Below, piece by piece: positions 35,024-44,694 of a DNA stretch of 64,000 nucleotides. Below the pieces are notes generated by a model that saw nothing but the letters and a program-made list of their open reading frames with translations, did not search any database and was not told the DNA's origin. The stretch's first letter is position 1. The number at the start of each line of letters is the position of its first letter. The position numbers were made by a program, and so were the translations under genes. The stretch covers positions 1 to 64,000 of IMG/VR virus record IMGVR_UViG_3300035521_000126; one strand, 5' to 3'. Origin of the DNA: an uncultured virus (IMG/VR IMGVR_UViG_3300035521_000126). Lineage: Duplodnaviria > Heunggongvirae > Uroviricota > Caudoviricetes.

Positions 35024-35710
35024 ATGCACGTCACTAATATATATTTAAATAAATACAGAGCCATTGTAGAAAATAGTTCAAGAAGTTTAGACCTTGGCAC
35101 TAACGATAGTAAGGGTAATGAAAAATTAAATATAATTCGCGGAGATGGCTGGGAAGACTTAACAATAAAAATTACCTTTTGGCCTTCTCGTGTTGAAATG
35201 TATGTTCCAGATGATGGATTAGTAGATGTTCCACCAGAAGCTACTAATTTTGAATGTCCCCCATTTAGAGGTAAGGTTATTTTTAATGGAGTGTCAAATG
35301 GTCGTGTTATAAATACGACCGATTTGACCTATTCTGTTTCCCCTCATGTTCCCTCAAGGGGAGTAGATACTAGCTATCGTACTCCAAGTGTATGGGAACA
35401 GTGGGTTGATGACGCAAAATCTACAGTTGAATCTGCTGAATCTGCTGTGGAAGATGTTAATAATTCTATCGAAAATGTCAACATTTCAATTAAGGAAGTT
35501 GACAGACTAAAAGAGGAATACGAAGAATTAATAGCTAACACGCCTATTAATCCAGACTGGACACTAGACCACACAAAATTAACGCATCGTGATGCTGAAA
35601 ACCAACATCCGATTAGTGCCATTGAAGGTCTTGAAAAGCAATTGGACACTTATGTTACTTCAAGTAACACAATGTCTAATAGCGATATTGATAATCTTTT
35701 AGGATGGTGA
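35024..35710 (+). CDS. Fibre-base/baseplate-attachment protein
   Basis: 228 aa; DHTKLTHRDAENQHPISAIEGL motif common in phage fibres. Confidence 0.65.
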   Translation: MHVTNIYLNKYRAIVENSSRSLDLGTNDSKGNEKLNIIRGDGWEDLTIKITFWPSRVEMYVPDDGLVDVPPEATNFECPPFRGKVIFNGVSNGRVINTTDLTYSVSPHVPSRGVDTSYRTPSVWEQWVDDAKSTVESAESAVEDVNNSIENVNISIKEVDRLKEEYEELIANTPINPDWTLDHTKLTHRDAENQHPISAIEGLEKQLDTYVTSSNTMSNSDIDNLLGW

Positions 35711-35714
35711 TTAA

Positions 35715-36098
35715 ATGGCCGATAAATATGTTGATAAAGCTGGTCTTACTTATTTTTGGGGTAAAATAAAGACTTTACTTGCGGCAAAGGCAGATACTTC
35801 TTCTTTAAAAACAGTTGCAACAAGTGGTAGTTATAATGATTTAACAAATCGTCCAACTATTCCGTCTGTTGACGCTTCTTTAAGTAGTTCTAGCACTAAT
35901 GCCATCCAAAATAAAGCAGTTTATTCTGCATTATCTGGTAAACTTAGTACATCTGGTACTGCTGCAAGCGCAAGTAAGCTTGTTAATTCTATTACAATAA
36001 ATGGCACTGCTTTCGATGGAAGCCAAGCTATTTCAATAACAACTGAAAACACTGTTTACAGTGCAATTTCAAACGATACGATTGATGGATGTTTTTAA
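35715..36098 (+). CDS. Short fibre segment protein
   Basis: VATSGSYNDL, VDASLSSSSTNAIQNK and INGTAFDGS fibre motifs. Confidence 0.7.
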   Translation: MADKYVDKAGLTYFWGKIKTLLAAKADTSSLKTVATSGSYNDLTNRPTIPSVDASLSSSSTNAIQNKAVYSALSGKLSTSGTAASASKLVNSITINGTAFDGSQAISITTENTVYSAISNDTIDGCF

Positions 36099-36117
36099 AA
36101 TTTAAAAGGGTGATTAT

Positions 36118-37302
36118 ATGTCAAAATTTGTTGACCAAGAGGGTTTGCTTTACTTTTGGACAAAGCTAAAGACAATTCTGAGCGGCAAGGTTGATACTGT
36201 TGAAGGTAAGCAACTTTCGACTAACGATTATACCAACGACGAAAAGGATAAGCTATCTGGCATTGCTGCAAAGGCTGAAGTGAACCAGAATGCTTATTCG
36301 TATATTAGCGTTGGTTCTTCTAAGCTTTCTGCTGCTGGCAAGACCGATACGGTCACTATTGCTGCTGGTACAAATGTCACGCTAACTCCTGATACCACTA
36401 ATGGTAAGATTACCATTGCTGCTACTGATACTACGTATAGCAATGCTACCACCACTACTGCTGGTCTAATGAGTTCTACTGATAAGGCAAAGCTAGATAC
36501 TGTTGCTGAAAATGCTAACAACTATACTCTGCCTACTGCCTCTAAGACCCTCGGTGGTGTTAAGACTACTAGCGACGTGAATAGTGCCTCTGGTTATACT
36601 GCTTCTCCGATTATTGACGGAGTTGTATACTACAAGGACACGGATACTACCTATAATGATATGACTGGTGCAACTTCCTCTAAGGATGGTACTAATGGTC
36701 TAGTTCCAAAGCCTGTCGCTGGTAATCAGGACAAGTATCTGCGTGGAGACGGCACTTGGCAAACTCCTACCGATACCACTTATAGCGCTGTTACTACCAG
36801 CAAGGACGGTTTAATGATTGCTGCGGATAAGAGCAAGCTGGACGGTATTGCTGATAATGCTAACAACTATTCGCTCCCGACCGCTACTAGCTCTGTTATC
36901 GGTGGTGTTACCACTACTAGCACTGTAACTAGCACGACTGGTTATACTGCCTCTCCGATTATTGACGGAGTTGTGTACTACAAGGACACCAACACTACTT
37001 ACAATGCTGTTACCACCACCGCCAACGGTCTGATGACTTCTACCGATAAGGCGAAACTCGACGCTTTTGGTGCTGCCAGCACTTATGCTCTAAAGAGCGA
37101 CATTACGAATATGTACAAATATAAGGGTAGTGTTGCTACGACTTCTGACCTTCCCTCTGGTGCTACTACTGGCGACGTGTATAACGTCGAAGCCAGCGGT
37201 ATGAACTATGCTTGGGACGGTTCTACTTGGGATGCTTTAGGCGAAATTTTCACTATTGACAAAGTTACTAACAGTGAAATCGATACGATTATGGCCTCCT
37301 AA
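36118..37302 (+). CDS. Head/tail fibre protein with internal repeats
   Basis: Repeated GLMSSTDKAKLD and NANNY.LPTA...GYTASPIIDGVVYYKDT units; high-expression codon bias. Confidence 0.75.
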   Translation: MSKFVDQEGLLYFWTKLKTILSGKVDTVEGKQLSTNDYTNDEKDKLSGIAAKAEVNQNAYSYISVGSSKLSAAGKTDTVTIAAGTNVTLTPDTTNGKITIAATDTTYSNATTTTAGLMSSTDKAKLDTVAENANNYTLPTASKTLGGVKTTSDVNSASGYTASPIIDGVVYYKDTDTTYNDMTGATSSKDGTNGLVPKPVAGNQDKYLRGDGTWQTPTDTTYSAVTTSKDGLMIAADKSKLDGIADNANNYSLPTATSSVIGGVTTTSTVTSTTGYTASPIIDGVVYYKDTNTTYNAVTTTANGLMTSTDKAKLDAFGAASTYALKSDITNMYKYKGSVATTSDLPSGATTGDVYNVEASGMNYAWDGSTWDALGEIFTIDKVTNSEIDTIMAS

Positions 37303-37325
37303 AATTTTTAAGGAGGTTTTAACCT

Positions 37326-37673
37326 ATGGCATTTTTAGACGAAACAGGTTTGCAATATTTAGTTGATAAGATTAAAACTTTGGTTTCCGATAGTATTGCC
37401 ACTGCGACCACTAAAACTTATACAATTACAGTTCCATCTTCTGGATGGACTGGGAGTTCAGCACCGTACACAAATACGGTCACTGTATCTGGAATTACTG
37501 CCAGTACAGTTTTGAGTGATATTACATTAGCTAATGCTAGTGTTGGGGTGAGTGCTGCGGAAACCGCCGCTCAGACTTGGACTTATCTCGACACCAAGGC
37601 TGACAGCGTGGTTTTTTATAGTGATACGAAACCTACGGCTAATTTTACAATAATAGCCAGAGAAGTTAAATAA
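37326..37673 (+). CDS. Fibre-tip adaptor protein
   Basis: C-terminal 84 aa are a close paralogue of the C-terminus of 32811..35021. Confidence 0.7.
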   Translation: MAFLDETGLQYLVDKIKTLVSDSIATATTKTYTITVPSSGWTGSSAPYTNTVTVSGITASTVLSDITLANASVGVSAAETAAQTWTYLDTKADSVVFYSDTKPTANFTIIAREVK

Positions 37674-37831
37674 TTCTTCTCTTTTTAGAAAAAAATTAAA
37701 ATATATGTGTACATATTGTACGAATTTTAAGTGCTTTTTGTGCTTTTCTTTGTGCAATATGTACATCTTTTTTAACGATTTTTATAGATAAAAGTCAAAT
37801 TTTATAAAACTACGAATAAAAGGAGAACAAA

Positions 37832-38965
37832 ATGAGTAAAACAAATAATAGTATTAATATTAGCGGAGCATATTCTACTGTTTTGCAGCTAATTGCTGCT
37901 TCCCCTACATACTATAAACGTCCCTCTTTAATGACCCTAAATAAAACAACTGTAACCATCCCAGCTAATACACAAATTAATATTGGCGGCAATGGATATA
38001 TTAGTTTGAGTAATACTTCTTTAGCTTTATCTGCTGTTGCTACTGCTGCTAATCGTGCTGGTAAAAATATTTATGTCTACGCGTGTCAACCAAGTAGCGG
38101 CATTTCTCCAACATTTGTTCTATCAACAAGCAGCACAGTCCCAAGTGGTTATACTGCTACTACCAGTCGTAAAATTGGCGGATTTCATTGTCTTTGTGCG
38201 GCAGTTGGTACTATTAGTGGACACACGCTAAGTGGATATGCTACTGGTGACGCAATTCCAAATTCACAGTGGGACTTATTACATCGTCCTGTATCAGACC
38301 CGGAAGGAATGGTCTACGTTGAAGGAATTAGCAAATGGGTAGACATCTATTTGACAAGCTATAATGGTACAAAGCTTGCGAGTGTATATGGTGGCACAAT
38401 TGCAGACGGATATTCTTCTACGCCATTTCATGGAGAAAAGTTTGCCGAATATGCTGGATTATGTGGTAAGTCTCTATTAAATAGAGATGAATTTATGGTT
38501 GTAGCAAAAGGCAGTAATGAAGGTACAAATATTACTGGCTCTGCCGACCCCGGTACTACTGGTGGGCATACTGATACCGCAAGTCGCCGTATGATTTCTA
38601 ATTATGGCCTAGAAGATTGCTGTGGAGTTATGTGGCAATGGACAAACGATATTGCTATGTTTGGTAACAGTGCCGCTGCTACACTACCTTCCACTTCACA
38701 AACTTCTTCTACTGATGGCGCTCAATATCTAAATGGATTCTCATGGCAAACTGATGGTCGAAGCGTCTCTAATATTTATATTGATAGCACAGCAAGTCTA
38801 TACGGCAATTCTTACGGTGTTGTGGAGCGTGTCCGCGTCGGCGGTGCTTGGGGCGTCGGCTCGGCTTGCGGCTCTCGCGCAGTGCGTGGCCATGCCCTGT
38901 CTTCTTGCCGGGATTCCTATAGCGGCTGTCGCTTGGCCTCGGAGTCGAGGGTCGTTTGCCTATAA
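37832..38965 (+). CDS. DGR target protein, major tropism determinant (Mtd)-like, C-type lectin fold
   Basis: SRKIGGFH, MISNYGLEDCCGVMWQW and GGAW...CGSR...GCR motifs; C-terminal VR matches the TR. Confidence 0.9.
   Translation: MSKTNNSINISGAYSTVLQLIAASPTYYKRPSLMTLNKTTVTIPANTQINIGGNGYISLSNTSLALSAVATAANRAGKNIYVYACQPSSGISPTFVLSTSSTVPSGYTATTSRKIGGFHCLCAAVGTISGHTLSGYATGDAIPNSQWDLLHRPVSDPEGMVYVEGISKWVDIYLTSYNGTKLASVYGGTIADGYSSTPFHGEKFAEYAGLCGKSLLNRDEFMVVAKGSNEGTNITGSADPGTTGGHTDTASRRMISNYGLEDCCGVMWQWTNDIAMFGNSAAATLPSTSQTSSTDGAQYLNGFSWQTDGRSVSNIYIDSTASLYGNSYGVVERVRVGGAWGVGSACGSRAVRGHALSSCRDSYSGCRLASESRVVCL
38831..38942 (+). repeat. DGR variable repeat (VR)
   Basis: 112-nt ungapped match to 39097-39208; 20 mismatches, all opposite TR adenines. 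Confidence 0.95.
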
Positions 38966-38972
38966 GTAAAAA

Positions 38973-38990
38973 TTAACGATAAATCGTTAA
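38973..38990 (+). promoter_or_regulatory. DGR target-recognition hairpin (putative)
   Basis: TTAACGA-TAAA-TCGTTAA just downstream of the VR. Confidence 0.6.
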
Positions 38991-39096
38991 ATTCTAGTAA
39001 TTGACACAGAGAGGATTATCGTTTTTTATAAATTGAAAATAACTAAAATTTAATAAAGGATGTGGTAACAAACCTCGGCTTTTGTATTACTCGTGA

Positions 39097-39208
39097 GTCA
39101 ACGTCGGCGGTAATTGGAGCAACAGCTCGAATTGCGGCTCTCGCGCAGTGAATGGCAATAACCTGTCTTCTAACCGGAATTCCAATAACGGCTGTCGCTT
39201 GGCCTCGG
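39097..39208 (+). repeat. DGR template repeat (TR)
   Basis: AAC/AAT-rich copy of the VR between the target gene and RT. Confidence 0.95.
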
Positions 39209-39399
39209 CTACGGGGGACTAGGATAGTTCTACCCTAAAAACTTTCATAAAATATAATATTTCTGTATATTTTAGCCGAACCCTCGGCTGAATGCAAGAG
39301 CCATCCCTATTAAGGGAAAATACGCAAATGGGTTAATGTGGTGGATAGTAGGGAAACCGAAATTCATCACATTTATTTTTTTTAATAATAAAATGGAGA

Positions 39400-40437
39400 A
39401 TGTTTATGAAAAGATATAGTAATCTGTATCAAAAAATTATAGATAAAGAAAATTTAAGAACAGCATTTATGAAAGCCTCTATTGGCAAAAGACAAAGAAA
39501 ATCAGTTAAAAAAATTTTAGATAACTTAGACTATTATATAGACGATTTATATAATCAACTTGCAAACGGTACATATCATACATCATCATATCATACAAAA
39601 GTTATCTATGAACCGAAAGAACGATTGATTTACATTTTACCCTTTTATCCAGATAGAGTCGTTCATCATGCCATAATGAATATACTTGAACCAATTCTTG
39701 ACGGCCTCATGTATGAGCATAGTTACGCTTGTCGAAAGAACAAAGGACAACACGCCGGAAGCAAATATTGTATGGGGCTTGTAAAGAAAAATAAGTATTG
39801 CTTACAATGTGATATATCAAAATTTTATCCAAGTATAGACCATGCTATTTTAAAAGAAATTATAAGACACAAAATAAAAGATAAACAATTACTTGTTTTA
39901 CTTGATGAAATAATTGATAGTATACCTGGAGAAAAGAATACACCAATTGGCAATTATTTATCTCAATGGTTTGGAAATCTATATATGAACGAGTTAGATA
40001 CTTATGTAAAACAGGAATTAAAAGTAAAAGATTATATGAGATATTGTGACGATTTTGTTTTATTTTCAAACGACAAAACCGAATTAAAAGAATGGGCTGA
40101 CAAAATAGAAAATTTTGTTCACGAAAAATTAGACTTAAAATTAAGTAAAAAACGAGTTTATCCAACTTCTCAGGGAGTTGATTTTCTCGGTTATCGACAT
40201 TTTCCAGACTATATCTTGGTAAGAAAAAGAACTGCAAAAAGAATCAAAAAGCACATGAAAGAACTTGTTTATTTATGGCGTTCTGGCAGGATTACCCAAG
40301 AGAAAGCCCTATCGAAAATTGCAAGCGCAAAAGGGTGGTTAAAACACGCCCAAACATATAATTTAAAACTTGCAATGAAGATAGACGAAATAGAATTGGA
40401 AATACGAGCTAATCAACGTGGCAAAAATAATAAATAA
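39400..40437 (+). CDS. DGR reverse transcriptase
   Basis: CDISKFYPSI, PIGNYLSQ, RYCDDF and VDFLGY motifs; adjacent TR/VR. Confidence 0.95.
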   Translation: MFMKRYSNLYQKIIDKENLRTAFMKASIGKRQRKSVKKILDNLDYYIDDLYNQLANGTYHTSSYHTKVIYEPKERLIYILPFYPDRVVHHAIMNILEPILDGLMYEHSYACRKNKGQHAGSKYCMGLVKKNKYCLQCDISKFYPSIDHAILKEIIRHKIKDKQLLVLLDEIIDSIPGEKNTPIGNYLSQWFGNLYMNELDTYVKQELKVKDYMRYCDDFVLFSNDKTELKEWADKIENFVHEKLDLKLSKKRVYPTSQGVDFLGYRHFPDYILVRKRTAKRIKKHMKELVYLWRSGRITQEKALSKIASAKGWLKHAQTYNLKLAMKIDEIELEIRANQRGKNNK

Positions 40438-40604
40438 AACTCTGATTTTATGATTAATAAAACAACGTAACATCGTAAATTTTTACGACATATAATTTCA
40501 AAAATTAAAAATCTTTGTCTAAAAATCTTTATCTAAAATTTTTTCCATTATCTTTTCAAAAATCTTCAAATAATATACAATAAGAAATAAAAGGAGAATT
40601 AATT

Positions 40605-40898
40605 ATGGTAGGAATCCCCAAGTATTTAAATTCTAAAGATGATTATGAGTATGTGAGAGCAAATTACTCAGAAGAAATTTGGAGACCCCAGTATCAAAAT
40701 CTTCTTGATACAACCTATGATTGGTTTTTTTCAAATAAACTTGCTGATGACGAAGACGGTATCACTGATAATACCCATATTGTTATCGAAGATGAAGAAA
40801 CTCATGAAAAAAGTCAGTATGAATGGAGATTAAATCCAACTTGCAAATTACTCTCCATTGGTTATACAATCAATGAGGTTGAAAATATTCTAAAATAA
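40605..40898 (+). CDS. Hypothetical protein downstream of DGR RT
   Basis: 97 aa, AAGGAG RBS. Confidence 0.7.
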   Translation: MVGIPKYLNSKDDYEYVRANYSEEIWRPQYQNLLDTTYDWFFSNKLADDEDGITDNTHIVIEDEETHEKSQYEWRLNPTCKLLSIGYTINEVENILK

Positions 40899-40938
40899 AT
40901 TAAAATATGATTAACGCTTAAATTACGGTGATTATAAA

Positions 40939-41565
40939 ATGGTAAATAAATATTCTTTAAAAAAAGATGGAGAAACTTCTCTGTCTACTAATTTTAAAGT
41001 TAAAGAATTTGCTTGTAATGACGGCTCTGACGAAATCCTAATTGATAGTGATTTAGTCGAAGCATTACAAAAAATTCGTGATAAATTTGGCAAACCAGTT
41101 ACAATCAACTCAGCTTATAGAACTGTCACATACAACAAAAAGATAGGTGGCAGTACAAGTTCTTATCATACTAAAGGAATGGCCGTTGATATAAAAATAG
41201 CTGGTGTATCAGCAGTAGAAATTGCATATTATGCACAAGAAATTATTAATGGAGTTGGAGTTTATTATTATGGAACTTCCGACTTTGTTCACATTGATAC
41301 TAGAAAAAATATTAAACATTGGCTTTGCGCAAAGGCTGGCGCTTATGAATATTATGATACCGACCTTATGCCCGTATTAAAAAGAGGCCAAAACGTTAAT
41401 AAGACTACTGCTGTTAAGTTTCTACAAAAGAAACTAGGTTTAAATATTGATGGGCAGTTCGGAGCAAATACAGAAAAAGTTATAAAAGACTTCCAAAAGG
41501 CTAACGGTTTAACTGATGACGGAATTGTTGGTATGAATACGTGGAAAAAACTCTTTTGTAACTAA
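40939..41565 (+). CDS. Endolysin: peptidase M15A-like plus peptidoglycan-binding domain
   Basis: INSAYR, SYHTKGMAVD and FVHID motifs; DGQFG...FQ...DGIVG..TW PG-binding motif. Confidence 0.85.
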   Translation: MVNKYSLKKDGETSLSTNFKVKEFACNDGSDEILIDSDLVEALQKIRDKFGKPVTINSAYRTVTYNKKIGGSTSSYHTKGMAVDIKIAGVSAVEIAYYAQEIINGVGVYYYGTSDFVHIDTRKNIKHWLCAKAGAYEYYDTDLMPVLKRGQNVNKTTAVKFLQKKLGLNIDGQFGANTEKVIKDFQKANGLTDDGIVGMNTWKKLFCN

Positions 41566-41581
41566 AAAGGAGTGATTATTC

Positions 41582-42484
41582 ATGAAGAAATGTATCGACA
41601 TTTCAAAACATCAAACGGCATTTAATGCAACCACTTGTGCAAATTCTGGTGTATCAATTGTTCTAGGGCGTTTAGCTTACGGTACTACAAAAGATACTAA
41701 AGCAATCGAGTATATTAAATCGGCAAGAGATGCCGGATTAAAAATTGGTGGTTATGGATTTGCTACTTGGCATTATACAATTAAAAATGCCGGAGATTTA
41801 GATTTAGCGAGAAAGCTTATGAAAGAACAAGTCAATACTTGGATTGAGGTCGCCTTGGAAAGCAAATGCAATTCTTGGATTGGCATTGACCAAGAGCTAG
41901 AAAAAGGACAAGAAATGTCTTTTTCTATTGAAGACAATACCAATCTTCTTTTAGAAGCTGCTAAAATGATTGAAGACGCTGGACTTCACCCTTGTCTATA
42001 TGCTTCTGCTAGTTGGGTTAAACAATATGTTGATTTAGACAAATTTAAATATCCACTGTGGATTGCATATTATAAATGGAACAATACTAAAATGAGATTT
42101 GAAGATGCCGAAGTAACATTTCCTGCTGATTCCGGTACTTATGGTTCTTGGATGAACAAAAATAAAGACCAGATTTGTATGTGGCAATTTACTTCCGTCG
42201 GATATGCAGACGAGTATGGCTGTACGCAAGGGTCAAACAATGTTGATAAGGAATTTGTCTATTTTGAGCCTGAAATTGACACTAGGTATTTTGACAAATA
42301 TCTTGGAACTTCTGGCAGCATTGTTGATGCACTAATTGCAGTTGAAGCGCCTTCTTCTGGTTATCAATACAGAAAGAAGATTGCAGCAGCCAATAATATC
42401 AAAAATTATATTGGCAGCGCCTCTCAAAATAAATCTATGTTAGCATTACTAAAAAAAGGTCTTTTATTAAAGCCTATCGGATAA
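41582..42484 (+). CDS. Endolysin: GH25 muramidase
   Basis: IDISKHQ, IDQE, LWIAYY, MWQFTS motifs. Confidence 0.85.
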   Translation: MKKCIDISKHQTAFNATTCANSGVSIVLGRLAYGTTKDTKAIEYIKSARDAGLKIGGYGFATWHYTIKNAGDLDLARKLMKEQVNTWIEVALESKCNSWIGIDQELEKGQEMSFSIEDNTNLLLEAAKMIEDAGLHPCLYASASWVKQYVDLDKFKYPLWIAYYKWNNTKMRFEDAEVTFPADSGTYGSWMNKNKDQICMWQFTSVGYADEYGCTQGSNNVDKEFVYFEPEIDTRYFDKYLGTSGSIVDALIAVEAPSSGYQYRKKIAAANNIKNYIGSASQNKSMLALLKKGLLLKPIG

Positions 42485-42496
42485 GGGGAATTTATT

Positions 42497-42853
42497 ATGG
42501 ATATTACTTTAATTCTTAACGAACTTATTAAGATTATTTTTAGTGCCGCTGGTTGCATGGTCGTGTACGGCCTAAAACAGTACGCTATGCCTTGGTTACA
42601 GTCCAAGTTGACTGCTAATCAACTAAACAACATGAAGAGTATTCTTGTTGTGCTAATTAAGGCTGCACAACAGATGGAAGCCAATGGTGCTTTTGATGAA
42701 GTTGCAGACACAAATACTGCAAAAAGAGAATATGTTATCAAACAGGCAAAGGTTGAGTTTGAAAAGGTTGGCCTTACGTTTGATGAACAGACAATTGAAA
42801 CTACTCTTGAGGGTCTATTAAAGGACGCTAAAAATTCAATTACAATTGAATAA
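42497..42853 (+). CDS. Holin (LL-H-like)
   Basis: N-terminal TM helix, VxAAQQ...AKREYV pattern, follows the endolysins. Confidence 0.7.
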   Translation: MDITLILNELIKIIFSAAGCMVVYGLKQYAMPWLQSKLTANQLNNMKSILVVLIKAAQQMEANGAFDEVADTNTAKREYVIKQAKVEFEKVGLTFDEQTIETTLEGLLKDAKNSITIE

Positions 42854-42859
42854 TAATTT

Positions 42860-42898
42860 AAATGGGGAATATCCTTTTTGGATATTCCCCATTTTTTT
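42860..42898. terminator. Terminator between the convergent late (+) and early (-) regions
   Basis: AAATGGGGAATATCC-TTTTT-GGATATTCCCCATTT-TTTT, 15-bp stem. Confidence 0.85.
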
Positions 42899-42915
42899 GC
42901 GTTTAACTTTTTTAT

Positions 42916-43497
42916 TTAGGATTCTACGATATTTCCCATTCGGTCAAATTCAATATTGTTTTCTTTATTCCATAAATCAATATTTATTTTTAGCTTTTCT
43001 TGAATTTCCTCTTCAGTTGGCTTAGAATCAATTGGATTACAATAATCTACCTCAAAATCATTGCTATAAAACATAGCATCCAACACCGTTCTATAACAAC
43101 GCATATTCGGACAGTATCTTGGATTTCCAAAAATCTTCATATCATCGTCATTAAAAAACTTCATTAGCGCAGCACCAACTCCTGCTGAACGACTAACTCC
43201 TGCGTCGCATTGAACAATAATTCTTTCGTAATTCTCTCTAAAACATTTCAGAACAAAACTTCTAATATTCTCAGCATCATCTTTTGTAATGCCGCATTCA
43301 TATTTAGAATCTTCTTCGCAATCATCAAAGCATAAATACAAAACAGAAAATTTAATATTATTACTTTCTTTTTCAACCTTAGAAGTATCTAAAGCAGTGC
43401 TTGTATGACTTCTAATAGAAATTATTCCTGTATTTTGTTCAATGGGATATGTTAGCAAGACTTCTAATGCCAATTTGCTCATAACAAAAATTTCCAC
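42916..43497 (-). CDS. Protein-tyrosine/dual-specificity phosphatase-like protein
   Basis: VQCDAGVSRS (CX5R) active-site motif; upstream FDD. Confidence 0.75.
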   Translation of the reverse strand: MEIFVMSKLALEVLLTYPIEQNTGIISIRSHTSTALDTSKVEKESNNIKFSVLYLCFDDCEEDSKYECGITKDDAENIRSFVLKCFRENYERIIVQCDAGVSRSAGVGAALMKFFNDDDMKIFGNPRYCPNMRCYRTVLDAMFYSNDFEVDYCNPIDSKPTEEEIQEKLKINIDLWNKENNIEFDRMGNIVES

Positions 43498-43523
43498 TTA
43501 TGATACCTCCCTTTTGTCAAAAT

Positions 43524-43775
43524 TTACTTTTCTTCCTTATATTCATTAAGCATTTCTGCTATTGTTTTAACATAACCAAAATAATAATACGTGGCATATA
43601 TAGGCCAAAACATACACAATGACATAACCGTTTTAGTTCTAAAATAATTATTCTTGTCTTTAAAATAATTATACAAAGCGTTACTATTTACTGTATTTTC
43701 AGCAAAAGCTGCGCCGACCATAATGTACGCCCAAATTACTAAAATGGCAATAATTATTTTAATTACTATCGACAT
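43524..43775 (-). CDS. Small membrane protein
   Basis: Two hydrophobic segments. Confidence 0.55.
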   Translation of the reverse strand: MSIVIKIIIAILVIWAYIMVGAAFAENTVNSNALYNYFKDKNNYFRTKTVMSLCMFWPIYATYYYFGYVKTIAEMLNEYKEEK

Positions 43776-43911
43776 TTTCTTTTATTTCCTCTTTCTCGTT
43801 TAGCTCTTTAATTTCTGCGTCTTCTGCTTTCGCCGTTTCTGCTAAATTAGAAATCTTATCTTTTAAACTCTCAAATATCTTATTCTGTACAAAACGCATA
43901 TTATCCTCCAT

Positions 43912-44520
43912 TTAGTATTCTTTATACAATCTGTATTTGCAGTTCTCTAATAATTTATCTTTAGGAACAATAACATTTATTGGTTGTTCTGGAAGTATAT
44001 CTTCACTATATACAATTTTCACGCCATTTTCTAAATACAAATATCTTTTTCTTCTATTATAAGATTGAAAAATTTTCCACTTTTCAACATTCTCTTGCTT
44101 AGTTATTTCAAGAAGCTCCTTGTTATTATAACCAATAATGTTATGTATAGCTTCTTTTGAAATAATTATACATTCTAAAGAAGACAAATTATATATATCA
44201 TTTGTTTTAGAACGAGGATATATCAAAGCATAATAATCATTTATCATGTTGCTTTTTACAAACCATCCAAGTCTGTTCTTATATCTTACCTCAAAAGAAT
44301 AAGTGGACAAGTCTCTTGTGAGATATTTAATTGCAGCCTTTTCATCTATACATAGTTCTTCTTTGTTTTGGTCGATTAATACCAAATCTATCCCATGAAT
44401 TTGTTCAAATCTATCATCTATTCTTCTAATATAAAATCCAGAATCAGCGTAAAGTTTATCCATCTCTTTGGCAATAATTTCTTCTCCAAGAGAATCGTTT
44501 GCCCTGTCTGATATATACAT
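43912..44520 (-). CDS. Hypothetical protein, possible PD-(D/E)xK fold
   Basis: GIDL...IDEKA pattern; GGAGG RBS before ATG 44520. Confidence 0.55.
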   Translation of the reverse strand: MYISDRANDSLGEEIIAKEMDKLYADSGFYIRRIDDRFEQIHGIDLVLIDQNKEELCIDEKAAIKYLTRDLSTYSFEVRYKNRLGWFVKSNMINDYYALIYPRSKTNDIYNLSSLECIIISKEAIHNIIGYNNKELLEITKQENVEKWKIFQSYNRRKRYLYLENGVKIVYSEDILPEQPINVIVPKDKLLENCKYRLYKEY

Positions 44521-44694
44521 TGGCTCACACCTCCGTATCAAAGTCTATGAATGTTCCATCTTCATTAAATAATACTTTTAACTTAGGGCTACCATTTGTT
44601 TTTAGAATTTCTATGCCATTTTCAAAATGTGATATATTATATACCAAATCTAATCCCATACTTCGCAAGAATATAAGCCATAATTCAAAATCAT

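Noticed and set aside
39400..40437. Group II intron or retron RT
   Set aside because: Short RT with no maturase/endonuclease extension and an adjacent A-specific TR/VR pair, so it is a DGR RT.
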